NCBI RefSeq assembly: GCF_964204645.1
Contig: NC_134026.1
Coordinates: forward strand, 8,083,950 to 8,147,949
Direction: 5' to 3'
Length of the DNA stretch: 64,000 bases
Origin: Tubulanus polymorphus
Taxonomy: Eukaryota; Animalia; Nemertea
How positions within the stretch are numbered: position 1 is the stretch's first letter; the number at the start of each line of letters is the position of its first letter. Below the pieces are notes generated by a model, which worked only from the letters and a program-made list of their open reading frames with translations, was not told the origin of the DNA and made no database searches. Below are positions 11,901 through 22,812 of this stretch, one piece after another. Made by a program: the position numbers and the translations under genes.

Positions 11901-14828
11901 GTTTCTCTGTCTGTCTCGTTCTCTTATGTTTGTCTATTAGTATATCTGTCTGTTTGTTTCTCTGTCTGTCTCGTTCTCTTATGTTTGTCTATTAGTATAT
12001 CTGTCTGTTTGTTTCTCTGCCTGTTTTGATTTTCCTGTGTTCAGTTGTCTTAACCCTTTCAGTGCGTCTACACTGCAGTGCGGTGCATAAATCGGTGATT
12101 GACTTTGCTAATAAACCGCACTGCGGTGTATTGATGTAATTTGTAAACGTCTTTATCTCTAATGTAAGATGGCAGCAACTGTCAAACACAGTGTGATAAA
12201 AGACTGATAGACTCATTATACCTGATGCCTGTTTATTTGATGCACTGGACTGGAATTTATCTAATTATCTCCCGCCCTTTAGGGTATTAATCAGTCAGCA
12301 GTCAGCCAGTTAACAAATATTGAATATTCATGTATCGTTTCTATTTGTAGAAAGTTTGGTTGAAATGTCGTAATCTAACTGTTCGTATATTGAGTGGTAT
12401 AACTCGAGTGACAGTGACGCCCTCTACTGGTGTAACTAAAGCAGCGACGGTGGCACCCTCTACTGGTAATTCAATGCAGAATGGTAGCGGTGATGCTGGA
12501 ATGATTGCCGTTATACAACGTTTAATCAATGAATTACGTTCGCATTTACAACAAATCGGACAAATTTATTCGCAACCGAAGCAGGTCTGTATGTCGCCAC
12601 TGGGTGTCACTACTAACGAATGGCTGATAGTAGCTCGATGTATGACCGGTAGATGTCGCTGTTTTTCAGTACCCGTTAACTGGTCCATACAGAACGAGGA
12701 TCTCGGCATATTTATATGATTGTATTGGTGATTTATTTATCGATTGTGTCGGTATTGTATTCTATGCAGTGAAACTACGTGAAGATGGTTTAGGTAACAA
12801 TTCAATCCTTTATCTCTTATCGGTTACTATAGTTACTGTATTATTTGTCTCTGTTTATTTGTTGTAATTATTTTAGATAATTTACACGAAGTTAGAGAAA
12901 TTGATGACAATTCGTTATGCAAAAATCTTCACAGTAAGTTTTTGGTAACAATATCTTAGAAAGAGTTGTGTGATTGATTTAAACACGCTTATTACCGGTA
13001 TTGATTTATACCCATTTGATACTGGTATTGATTTAAACCCGTTAGATACCGGTATTGATTTAAACCTGTTTGATACCGACCAGTATTGATTTGAACCCAT
13101 TTGATAATGGTATTGATTTAAACCTGTTTTATATCGGTAATCATTTAAATCTGTTTGATACTGGTATGGATTTTAAACCTGTTTTATATCGGTATTTGTA
13201 GAACTGGTCACGAAATATAAATCTAGTCTCACATCAAACAATGAACATGAATTCAATGCTGAACATGTGGAACATTTAACATTGATTACAGAAGTAAGTA
13301 TTCTGATTGTGTATGCATGTGTGTTTCTATATGACAGGGGAGGGTGTGTCTATATGGCATGTGGGGATGTGGCTATATGGCATGTATTTTGTGGGGGTGT
13401 GGCTATATGAAATGTGCAGGTGTGGCTATATGACATGAAGGGGTGTGGCTATATGACACGTGGGTGTGTCTATTGAAGTTTGATTGATGGATGTAATATG
13501 ACAGGGGAGGGTGTGTCTATATGCCATGTAGGGGTGTGTATATGACATGTGGGGGTGTGTCTATATGGCATGTGGGGATGTGGCTATATGGCATGTATTT
13601 TGTGGGGGTGTGGCTATTTGAAATGTGGGGGTGTCGCTATATGACATGTGGGGTGTGTCTATATGACATGTATTTTGTGGTGGTGTGGCTATAATTTATG
13701 AAGGGTTGTGGCTATATGACACGTGGGTGTGACTATTGAAGTTTGATTGATGGATGTAATGTAATTTCATCGTAATTTTACAGTTGTTTGCTCAAGTTGT
13801 TTATGTATTGAAATCATGTGATCAGATTTTATCGCCTCTCATAAAAACATCATCATCATCATCGACAACCGCTGCGGCTGGAGGAAGCGGCACAGCTGCT
13901 GCAGCTGTGGGCAACTCGAGGAAAAATAAGAGAAAACAGAAAGAGAAAGAATTACCAAAAATAGTCGTAAGTGATCAGTTGACATATTACATGTGCACGT
14001 TACATGTCTACTATAAGATACATGTAACATGTCTTCTGATATAACATGTCTGCTATACATGTAACATGTCTGTTTGCTGTATGATACATGTAACATTTCT
14101 GCTGTATGATACCTGTAACATGTCTTCTATATGATACATGTAACATGTCTGCTATATGTTACATGTAAAATGTCTGCTAGATGATACACGAAACATGTCT
14201 TCTATATGATACATGTTACATGTCTGCTGTATGATCGATTTATTGATGTGATTTTATTTTCAGCCGGAAGTAATAAAAGTATTCAGTGATTATATAACGA
14301 GTATAGAAACAATAGGACGAACGTTACTACAATCGATAAAACTCAACGATATTCAAATATCGATTATTGATTTCTCAAATCTCAAAATACACGAAAAACA
14401 CGATAAAAATCAGGTAAATATTTCATATAAAGCGCTCAGTCTGATTATCAGGCATTTGAGCGGTCAGTCAGTCAGTCCTGGTCAGATAATCAGCTGGCCA
14501 GTCAGTCCTGGTCAATCAGTCAGTTGTTGTAAGTTAGTTACCTAATCGTTGGTGGTAAGCTTTTATAATCGGATGGGCTTATACCAACTGCAGTTTGTGA
14601 AAATATCCGATCGTGAAACTAAACCACAGACAGCGGGTCACTGACTAAGTTGTAGTGTTACTGAAGTTTAACCTGTCGATGTGTTTTCTATATTTTCAGT
14701 TGGACTCGTTACAGAATGAAATCTCTAGTAAAATTAAAACCAGTTTCACTGAATCAATCAATGAATTATCAGAATTTGTGAACGCGAAACTCAATGAATT
14801 ATCTATATTGAAACAGTCTATACTGTGA
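5961..14828 (+). CDS. NAA25: N-alpha-acetyltransferase 25, NatB auxiliary subunit (MDM20/psidin); about 28 coding exons
   Basis: Spliced translation MASGMSDSNSERRLRQIY|DYLDNKNYKKAVSESEKILKKNKDVHCAK|ALKALGLLRLGK...LFMAYVRIGSFQKQQQTAMTLHK...NPYYFWALMSIVMQ, later RGPYLAQLE, LESGLKSSPSNFRVKIILIRLY and LEIKHIQYDTLG, matching NAA25 as I recall it. GT-AG exons include 5961-6015, 6211-6296, 6471-6609, 6721-6917 and the last exon 14700-14828; AATAAA at ~14868 and ~14888. Confidence 0.93.
6975..7430. repeat. 22-bp intronic minisatellite
   Basis: Tandem AATACCCATTCCTGCCA(G/C)TC(T/A)G. Confidence 0.9.
9781..10226. repeat. 23-bp intronic minisatellite derived from an NAA25 exon/donor junction
   Basis: Tandem AATACGATACACTTAGGGTAAGA; the first unit is the real exon end plus GTAAG donor. 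Confidence 0.9.
11232..12020. repeat. 55-bp intronic minisatellite, ~14 near-identical copies
   Basis: TATATCTGTCTGTTTGTTTCTCTGTCTGTCTCGTTCTCT(C/T)ATGTTTGTCTATTAG repeated. Confidence 0.95.
13330..13760. repeat. Degenerate ~22-26-bp intronic tandem repeat
   Basis: GGGGTGTGGCTATATGACATGT-like units. Confidence 0.75.
13985..14232. repeat. Degenerate ~24-bp intronic tandem repeat
   Basis: ATGATACATGTAACATGTCTGCT-like units. Confidence 0.75.
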
Positions 14829-15773
14829 TACCGACTATGAACACTAGGTGTCTCTGTTGTTTGCGCTAAATAAACTTACATTATAAAAATAAATACTACC
14901 TTGTTATAGTTTTTATGTGGAATATTTCAAACAATTCTAAGCAGGAGTTGATCTTACACCCGCAAGCGAGGAGGATTCGTTATCTAGGGACAGCTCTTAA
15001 TCTTAATACCAGCCGTTGTTACGCGTTCGTTGTTTGGGGAACAATGGCCGCTAGGTACTAGACAAGAACAGCACTGGGCGGTCGACAAGTAACTCTCACT
15101 ATTTTACCGTGCCCTTAATTCAGAAAAGCCACTTGAAATGATTATCAATTTGTTTTATACGATTTTTGTGGCCCGTAATGACAACGCAGCCGTCATCAGC
15201 CAAAAGTGGGGGGTCTGGGGTACTCCCAAGAACATTTTGCCGAAGAAATAGATGCTTGTAGATATATTCTTAGCACTCTCCTGGTTATAATATGGAATGA
15301 AAATGCATAATCCACTTAGCAAAATTGGACATTTTTTTCAAAGCATATTATGAAAAGCTCGTTTACTTAATGTTATCAACAATTATTTCATATGAATTTG
15401 CAGCGCTTTAGCTTTCTTATATCATTCTCCCGACCCCTATGCGGGTTTTACAAAAATCTCATGAACATTCTAGACTAATATTTTCGTTGACCGACAAGAT
15501 TCTTTTTTGCCATAAAGGCATGTTTTCGGGCTCTCATACGAAAACCATCGATCGAAAGTATGACAATCCATATATGCCGCAAACGAGCTGTGAAGTGCGG
15601 ATCTGAATTCAACAAAAGTTAGAGATTTTCTACTTTTGTGAATCAGTTAGCAGCAGATCCATAACTATGCGGCGTTTCGTGAGAATGGCCCAGTTAATAC
15701 CATCAGCGTCGGCAACTTGTTCTTTAACTGGTTTCATTACTCGAACACTACACCTAGTGTAAGGTGTACCCTC

Positions 15774-16039
15774 AGTAATAGGGATAATGGGCTTTCAGGC
15801 CAAAGGTCGAACGGTCGAGCTCGTAAAAATGAAAAACATAAAAATAATAACAATTTCTACTTGAATTACTCGCAAAACTCATAAAAATGAAAAATAAATT
15901 CTCACACGCTCGAATTTATTTTTCATTTTCATGAGTTTCACTCCTAATTCAAGTAAAAATTGTTATTATTTTTATGTTTTTCATTTTTACTCACCCGCCC
16001 ATTCAACCTTTAGCCAGAAAGCCCATTATCCCTATTACT
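15774..16039. repeat. Left terminal imperfect palindrome (266-bp hairpin)
   Basis: AGTAATAGGGATAATGGGCTTTC...GTAAAAATGAAAAACATAAAAATAATAACAATTT pairs with AAATTGTTATTATTTTTATGTTTTTCATTTTTAC...GAAAGCCCATTATCCCTATTACT; loop near 15901-15912. Confidence 0.92.
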
Positions 16040-16212
16040 CTTAAATGTTATTCATATATATATGAATAACATTTAAATCATTGAACTTCTAAAATCAATT
16101 TTAATAAAAAATATAGTATTAAAATGGAAGCAAATAAATACTACTGCCCAACATGTAATATCGATATAGACAAGTCTCAAAAAGCAAGACACAATAAAAC
16201 TAGAACACATTT
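16040..16212. repeat. Sub-terminal inverted repeat (partner 33510-33680) containing the PolB promoter and first ~30 codons
   Basis: Near-identical reverse complement of 33510-33680; includes a perfect 36-bp palindrome TTAAATGTTATTCATATATATATGAATAACATTTAA (16041-16076). Confidence 0.9.
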
Positions 16213-19200
16213 AGAGAATAAATTGAAACTAGAGTATAAAGATGATATATTAGAAAATAAATTAGAAGAATTAAAGGATGAAAAAGAAACATACAAATGT
16301 GATACATGTAATCAATCATTCAGTGATAAAAGATATTATAAAGAACATTTAAAATCTATAAGTCATATTAGAAATAAGAATAATGATATTTTAGGTGAAG
16401 ATTATTTTGATAATGATAACGATAAGAAACAGAAGACAATTAAAAGAATAAAAAATAAATTAAACAATAAAAGACCATATATGGAAGATGTAAGAAATTA
16501 TATTAATTCATTAGATAATAAAAAAGATATAGAGATAACCGAAGCATTTAAAAGTGATATTGGTCCAGCAGCTATTGAGTTTAAATTTCATAAAGGAAAA
16601 ACATTAGAAGAAAATAAAAAACATTTAGAAAATATGAAAGAAATAATAAAAATAATAACTAATGTTGAATATCCTAAAATAAGTATATCTTTTAAAGTTA
16701 AATTCATAAAATCTGAAGATAAACCAATATATAATATAAATTCTCATTCACAACATATTATTTCTAAACAACATATAGATGATAAATTAGATAAATGTTA
16801 TAATGAAGTAAAAACTAAAATAGAAGAGAAATATTTTGAAGGATCTGGTTTAATATTTGATGAGATAATATTTATAACTTTACATGTTTATAACACAAAA
16901 TATAATAAGTTAACTAAATCAAAACCAATTGATGAAAATAATTTATCATATTATAAAGAACCAGATATTGAAGCATCAAGTTATATTAAACTACCATTTA
17001 AAACTAATGCTGTAATAAATGTACAAAATGAAGATGATAAATGTTTTCTATGGGCTATAATAAGTTGTTTACATCCAGTTGAAGATTATAATAAACATAC
17101 TTATAGATTAACTCATTATAAACCATTTGAAAATAATTATAAGATAGATAAGTATCCTGTTAGAATTAAAAACATCCCAAAAATAGAAAGAGATAATAAT
17201 ATAAAGATAAATGTATTTGATTTAATCAAATTACCAAATACAAAAGGAAATAATATTAAACATTATACATTAGAACCTTTATACCTATCAAAAGATTATG
17301 ATTCAAATGATGTTATAGATATACTATATTATGAGAATCATTACATGTGGATTAAACAAATAGATTTATTTTTCAAATCAGAATATGATCACCATAAAAT
17401 ATATCTATGTAGAAAATGTTTACATAGATTCAGTAATGAAAGTACATTATTAAATCATAAACAACTATGTGATAATCATGATTATTGTAAATTAGTTTTA
17501 CCAAATGAAAAGGATAAAATATTAGAATTCAAAAAATATGATTACAAAAATAAAGTACCATTTGTAATATATGGAGATTTTGAATCATTAAATAAAGAAT
17601 TAACAGATAAAGATAGAAAAGATATATATTATAAAAGAAAGAAATTAAATTCTAATGAAAGTGATTATTCAGATGAACCACCAATAACAAATACTATTAA
17701 AAAGATTCATCAATCAGCTGCAGCTTTCGGGTTATATATTAAATCTAATTATCCAGAACTAATCGAAAGTGAATATTATAATTATAGAAATGAAAATGTT
17801 ATCAATCATTTTTGTGACTTATTAATTGAATATGAAATAAGATTTAGTAAATTATTGAATACAAATAAAGAAATAATTATGACAGAAGAAGATAAAGAAG
17901 AATTTGAGTTTGCAGATAAATGTTATTATTGTGAAAAGATATTCAATTATAAAGATAAAAAAGTAAGAGATCATGATCATTTGAATGGAAAGTTTAGAGG
18001 CGCGGCACATGAGAATTGTAACTTACAAGCTAAGAAAATCAATTTTGTCCCCATTATATTTCATAATCTATCGGGGTATGACGCGCATTTATTCATCAAA
18101 CAGTTATGTCATAAAATAGAAGAAATCAATAATGAAATAGAAATATTAAATTCAAATAGATCAAAAGATAAAATACCAACTTATAAATTTAGAATGTTAG
18201 CTAAAACATCTGAGAATTATATATCTTTCCAATTTGGATGCTTAAGATTTATAGATTCATATAGATTTTTAAGTAGTTCATTAGATAACTTATCAAAATC
18301 ATTAGTTGATGACGAATTAAAGATATTAAAAGAATATTACCCAAATTATGATGATTTTCAATTAATGAGATATAAAGGAGCAATTCCATATTCTTTCTAT
18401 AAAAATCATAATGATTTTAAAATAACTGAATTATTGAAAGAACAATTCTATGATGAATTAAAAAATGAATATGTTAAAGATGAAGTATATAATAGAACAT
18501 TGAATATTTGGAATCATTTCAAAATAGAAAATCATGGGCAATTAGTAGATTTATATTTAAAATCAGATGTATTATTATTAACCGATATATTCGAAAGGTT
18601 TAGAGATGTAAACCTAAAATATTTCAATATTGATCCTTGTCATTGTTATTCATCACCAGGATTAACATGGGATTGTGGATTAAAATTTACAGATATAAAA
18701 ATGGATTTGTTAACAAATATAGATCAATTACTATTATTTGAAAAATCTATAAGAGGAGGTGTTTCAGGTGTATTAGGTGATAGATATTTCAATGTAAATG
18801 ATAATCCTGGATATAAATTATTATACATAGATGCAAATAATCTTTATGGTTGGGCAATGATGGAACCACAACCTTATGGGATGTTTGAAATAACTGAAGT
18901 TTTACAAATTGATAAATTTGATTGGAAGAAAAGAATCCTAGATATTGCAGATGATTCAGATACTGGTTACTTCTTCGTTGTAGATTTAGAATACCCTGAA
19001 AATATTAAATTCAAATCTAGAAATCTAGCATATTGTCCCGAACATAAAACTGTTAAACATGAAGAATTATCAAATTATCAAAAAAGAATTAAACCCGATA
19101 ATCATATTCATACTGAAAAGTTAATGGTAACTCAAGAAGATAAATATAATTATGTAGTACATTATAGAATGTTGAAGTTTTATTTGAATCAAGGAATGAT

Positions 19201-20155
19201 ATTAAAAAAAGTACATAGATATATTTCATTCAGTCAATCTAAATGGTTAGAAAAATATATAGATTTTAATACTACACAGAGAACTAAATCTAAAACTGAT
19301 TTTGAAAAAGATTTTTTTAAGTTAATGAATAATGCATTCTATGGTAAGACTTGTGAAAATATTAGAAATAGAAATGATATCGAGTTAGTCAGTAATGGTA
19401 AAAGAATTAGGCATTTACAATCATATCCTAAGTTTATAGGTAACAGAATATTTGATGAAAATTTAGCAGCAGTTAAAATGAAAAGAACTTCAATGAAGTT
19501 CAATAAACCTATTTATGTTGGTGCATCAGTTCTAGAAATTTCAAAATTATTAATGTATAAATTTTATTATAATATACTACAACCTCATTTTGGAGAAAAA
19601 CACATAGAAATTCTATACTTTGATACCGACAGTTACATATTAAAGATAAAAACTGATAACATAACTGATGATTTAAAAACATTAAAACACCATTTTGATT
19701 TTAGTAATTATCCTAAAAATCATGAATTGTTTAGCAATGATAATAAAAAAGTTCCTGGGAAGTTTAAGGATGAATTAGGTGGTGAAGAAATGATAGAGTT
19801 CATTGGTATTAGATCTAAAATGTATTCATATAAAACTAAAACTCATGAAGCTAAAAAGTTAAAAGGAATTACCAAAAGCGTTGTTGAAAAGAATATTCAT
19901 TTTAAAGATTACATCAATTGTATATTTAATGAAGAAGTTAGAAAACATAAGATGAAATGTTTAAGATCTGAAGATCATGAAATGTATATTGAAGAGATAG
20001 AGAAGATAAGTCTAAACCCATTTGATGATAAAAGATATATTTTAGATGATGGAATCCACACAGTCGCCTATGGTTGCAATTTAGATGAATATATAAAATT
20101 CAAAAGAGAAGAAACAAAAGAAAATGAGATTATGAAAAGGATTCTAGCGTGTTAA
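16124..20155 (+). CDS. Protein-primed family B DNA polymerase with N-terminal zinc fingers, putative terminal-protein and vOTU protease region, and an endonuclease VII-like insertion
   Basis: Exo I YGDFES, Exo II HNLSGYD, Exo III YLKSDV; pol motifs YIDANNLYGWAM, KLMNNAFYGKT, YFDTDS, RSKMYS. OTU-like NEDDKCFLWAI...NHYMWI; His-Me finger CYYC...RDHDHLNGKFRGAAHENCN; C2H2 CPTC..H..H and CDTC..H..H. Confidence 0.96.
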   Translation: MEANKYYCPTCNIDIDKSQKARHNKTRTHLENKLKLEYKDDILENKLEELKDEKETYKCDTCNQSFSDKRYYKEHLKSISHIRNKNNDILGEDYFDNDNDKKQKTIKRIKNKLNNKRPYMEDVRNYINSLDNKKDIEITEAFKSDIGPAAIEFKFHKGKTLEENKKHLENMKEIIKIITNVEYPKISISFKVKFIKSEDKPIYNINSHSQHIISKQHIDDKLDKCYNEVKTKIEEKYFEGSGLIFDEIIFITLHVYNTKYNKLTKSKPIDENNLSYYKEPDIEASSYIKLPFKTNAVINVQNEDDKCFLWAIISCLHPVEDYNKHTYRLTHYKPFENNYKIDKYPVRIKNIPKIERDNNIKINVFDLIKLPNTKGNNIKHYTLEPLYLSKDYDSNDVIDILYYENHYMWIKQIDLFFKSEYDHHKIYLCRKCLHRFSNESTLLNHKQLCDNHDYCKLVLPNEKDKILEFKKYDYKNKVPFVIYGDFESLNKELTDKDRKDIYYKRKKLNSNESDYSDEPPITNTIKKIHQSAAAFGLYIKSNYPELIESEYYNYRNENVINHFCDLLIEYEIRFSKLLNTNKEIIMTEEDKEEFEFADKCYYCEKIFNYKDKKVRDHDHLNGKFRGAAHENCNLQAKKINFVPIIFHNLSGYDAHLFIKQLCHKIEEINNEIEILNSNRSKDKIPTYKFRMLAKTSENYISFQFGCLRFIDSYRFLSSSLDNLSKSLVDDELKILKEYYPNYDDFQLMRYKGAIPYSFYKNHNDFKITELLKEQFYDELKNEYVKDEVYNRTLNIWNHFKIENHGQLVDLYLKSDVLLLTDIFERFRDVNLKYFNIDPCHCYSSPGLTWDCGLKFTDIKMDLLTNIDQLLLFEKSIRGGVSGVLGDRYFNVNDNPGYKLLYIDANNLYGWAMMEPQPYGMFEITEVLQIDKFDWKKRILDIADDSDTGYFFVVDLEYPENIKFKSRNLAYCPEHKTVKHEELSNYQKRIKPDNHIHTEKLMVTQEDKYNYVVHYRMLKFYLNQGMILKKVHRYISFSQSKWLEKYIDFNTTQRTKSKTDFEKDFFKLMNNAFYGKTCENIRNRNDIELVSNGKRIRHLQSYPKFIGNRIFDENLAAVKMKRTSMKFNKPIYVGASVLEISKLLMYKFYYNILQPHFGEKHIEILYFDTDSYILKIKTDNITDDLKTLKHHFDFSNYPKNHELFSNDNKKVPGKFKDELGGEEMIEFIGIRSKMYSYKTKTHEAKKLKGITKSVVEKNIHFKDYINCIFNEEVRKHKMKCLRSEDHEMYIEEIEKISLNPFDDKRYILDDGIHTVAYGCNLDEYIKFKREETKENEIMKRILAC

Positions 20156-20183
20156 TCAATTTCAATAAAAATTTGTATAATAA

Positions 20184-20525
20184 ATGGAGAGTAAACAAGT
20201 ACACAGTGAATTCTTAGATAGAATTAAAGATACTTCAAGCGTCAAATCTGTAGATTATAAATTTAAAAAACTAACTGAGTTAACAATTCACAAGAAATAT
20301 TTAATTACTAACATTGAAACAATTACTAATAAATATGGAGATAAATTAGTTATACACTTAGAATATGAAGGATTAAAAGGAAATACATATAAATTCAGAA
20401 CATATTTACCAGATAGATTTCATAGATTATCAAGTGAAGATCTAGAAGAATTATGTTCTGGAGATTTCTATTTCGTATATAAAGGTAAGAATGAAAAAGG
20501 GCACCATGAAATAGATTTCGAATAA
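20184..20525 (+). CDS. Small viral protein, probable OB-fold ssDNA-binding protein
   Basis: 113 aa directly after PolB; KKLTEL..HKKYLI..IETITNKYG...TYLPDRF pattern with alternating beta-strands and an acidic end. Function inferred. Confidence 0.5.
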   Translation: MESKQVHSEFLDRIKDTSSVKSVDYKFKKLTELTIHKKYLITNIETITNKYGDKLVIHLEYEGLKGNTYKFRTYLPDRFHRLSSEDLEELCSGDFYFVYKGKNEKGHHEIDFE

Positions 20526-20542
20526 GAAAATATGTAAAATAA

Positions 20543-21298
20543 ATGGTAGAATTAAAAGAATACAGAATATTTGTAGATTCTAGAAGGCTTACAAATTATA
20601 AATCTCATAATTTACTAGTTCAATTAGATAGAGAATTTAAGAATTGTGTAGATTTAAAATTAGTTAATATAAGTTTATGTAATTCTTTTTATAATATATC
20701 GGATAAAACTTTTGAACATAGAGGGTTTATGATTTATATGAGAAATAAAGATAAATGGTTTCATATATTTTTAAAACCAGGATTATATAATTTAGAATCA
20801 TTAGCGCAGGAAATTAATAGAAGAGCTCGGTTGAAAATCGGGGGCACTTCTGTATTTGAAATTAAATTTAATAAAATTGATAGTACTAATAAAATAAGAA
20901 TAAAAATATCTAATGAACAACATAAATTTATGGTAAACAAACCACTGGCTAAAATGTTAGGAATTAAACCACTTACAGTTACTGGAAACGCAGAAGGCAG
21001 CTCAAATATAATACCTTTTACACACTTTTATATTTATTGCAATTCAATCGAGCCTACAAAAACTTTCGAAGCAACTAAAGAAACAATTTGTAGTTCTAGT
21101 ATACTAAATATTTTACCGCTAAAAAATGTTAAACAATTTGGAACTCAAATAAATTATAATTTAACAGAATGTGATTTTAAACCTTGCATTCCTAAATTTA
21201 ATAATTTTGAATTAGAAATAAGAAATCATAATGGATACTTAATTGATTTAAATAACTTTCCTGTGATATATGAATTAGTTATAAGATGTAAAGAGTAA
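20543..21298 (+). CDS. Probable minor capsid (penton, single jelly-roll) protein
   Basis: 251 aa, beta-rich; IFVDSR...LKLVNISLCNSFYNI, LKPGLYNLESLAQEIN, FYIYCNSIE, NGYLIDLNNFPV resemble polinton/virophage penton signatures. Confidence 0.7.
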   Translation: MVELKEYRIFVDSRRLTNYKSHNLLVQLDREFKNCVDLKLVNISLCNSFYNISDKTFEHRGFMIYMRNKDKWFHIFLKPGLYNLESLAQEINRRARLKIGGTSVFEIKFNKIDSTNKIRIKISNEQHKFMVNKPLAKMLGIKPLTVTGNAEGSSNIIPFTHFYIYCNSIEPTKTFEATKETICSSSILNILPLKNVKQFGTQINYNLTECDFKPCIPKFNNFELEIRNHNGYLIDLNNFPVIYELVIRCKE

Positions 21299-21314
21299 TT
21301 TTTTTGATATATAA

Positions 21315-21671
21315 ATGAATATAACTGTTGGACCGAGTATATGTTTTGGGTTTGATTTTAAACGTGAGAAAGAAATGAAATTTAACATTAATGATGTAAT
21401 TACACATATCAAAAATATTGTATTTTCTAATGAAACAACATTTGAGTATGAAACAACAATTGATAAAGAAACTTTAAATGTAGAAAAGATTACTAATTTA
21501 ATTAGAGAATCTTTAAGATTTTATGAATTAGATGAAGATTTTATCATCGATGATATCAAAAAAATAATAATTGAAATATATGATAATCATAAAACTAGTA
21601 ATGAAATAAATGTTGAATTAATCATAAATAAGTTAACTAAATATTTTGATGATAGTAATTTTTTTGATTAA
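21315..21671 (+). CDS. Hypothetical acidic viral protein (118 aa)
   Basis: Open frame between neighbours, TAAATG start, element-like codon usage. Confidence 0.7.
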   Translation: MNITVGPSICFGFDFKREKEMKFNINDVITHIKNIVFSNETTFEYETTIDKETLNVEKITNLIRESLRFYELDEDFIIDDIKKIIIEIYDNHKTSNEINVELIINKLTKYFDDSNFFD

Positions 21672-21674
21672 TAA

Positions 21675-21896
21675 ATGAGTGATAATAAGTGGATAATAAC
21701 TGGATTATATAATGGCGCATTACTATCAGTTGGAACTGTTGGTTATTCAATGGTATTAAAAAAAGTATTCAAAATGGGAAGTGTTAATGTTGATAGATTT
21801 GATATAAATGATATTTTAAAGTTAACATTAGCAGTTACTTTATCTAATTTAACTATTGATTATTTGGAAAAACAAAAATATATTCCTCCCATATAA
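21675..21896 (+). CDS. Small hydrophobic viral protein (73 aa), probable membrane protein
   Basis: Two hydrophobic stretches (WIITGLYNGALLSVGTVGYSMVL; ILKLTLAVTLSNLTI); TAAATG start. Confidence 0.7.
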   Translation: MSDNKWIITGLYNGALLSVGTVGYSMVLKKVFKMGSVNVDRFDINDILKLTLAVTLSNLTIDYLEKQKYIPPI

Positions 21897-21920
21897 ATGC
21901 ATAATTTTTTTGTTAAATAA

Positions 21921-22343
21921 ATGGCTTCTGCAATTATAACTATTATAGGATCGGCAATTGTTAACGCTTTAGCATTTACTGGTGGTGGTTATTTATTTAA
22001 ACATATTGATAAAAATAGTTCATTAGGAGAACAAAGAAGACATAACTTAGCGTTAGAGAAATACAATAAAGCTGCAGAAGAATATAGAGAAAAGAGGCAA
22101 AACTATATGGATTACATCAATAAAGAATTATATGATCAGAAGATTTCACATAGAGATTTTCAATCAGTTGATGATGCAATGAGTTTATATAACGCAGTAA
22201 CAAATAAAGAAAAATTACATCTATACAAACCTAAATTATCAGATTATTATACCCCAAGTAAAGAACAACAGAAATATGAAATAATATGGATTTTAGGTGG
22301 AACTGTTATTGTTATATTTGTTGCTTATAAGTTTACTAATTAG
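21921..22343 (+). CDS. Viral membrane protein: hydrophobic N-terminus, coiled coil, C-terminal TM helix (140 aa)
   Basis: MASAIITIIGSAIVNALAFTGGGYLF, EQRRHNLALEKY helical stretch, IIWILGGTVIVIFVAY. Confidence 0.75.
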   Translation: MASAIITIIGSAIVNALAFTGGGYLFKHIDKNSSLGEQRRHNLALEKYNKAAEEYREKRQNYMDYINKELYDQKISHRDFQSVDDAMSLYNAVTNKEKLHLYKPKLSDYYTPSKEQQKYEIIWILGGTVIVIFVAYKFTN

Positions 22344-22362
22344 TAATTTTTATTCTAAATAA

Positions 22363-22795
22363 ATGGAAGATAAAGTTGATAGTATTGATATTATTCCTCA
22401 TGATATAAATAAAACTAAATTAAACATATTTAGAAAAACAAATATTAGAATTTGAAAGTGACTTAAAGATAAAAAAGAAAAAATATTTAAAAAGTAAAAT
22501 TATATATTATTTGATTATAAGTGGTTCGGTTACAATTAGTTCTGTAATAACATTTTTAGCAATATTCAGTCCATTAACACCTTTAGCTATATCAATTGGT
22601 GTATTAGGATTAAGTTCAAGTGTTTTAACTGGTATAAGTTCAAAATTAAATATAAAAAGTAATAAAGAAAAAATTAAAACTAATATAAAAGAAATTAATA
22701 AATTAAAGAACACACTAGATTATATAATAAGTTTAAATGGTCATATAACAGTTGAAGAACAAGATAAATTATTAAAAGAATTAATAAATTATTAA
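22363..22795 (+). pseudogene. Two-TM viral protein (~143 aa) split by a +1 frameshift near 22425
   Basis: TAAATG start at 22363 gives MEDKVDSIDIIPHDINKTKL; the +1 frame continues YLEKQILEFESDLKIKKKKYLKSKIIYYLIISGSVTISS... into the listed 22511-22795 ORF. Confidence 0.7.
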
Positions 22796-22812
22796 TTTTT
22801 TTAATTATATAA

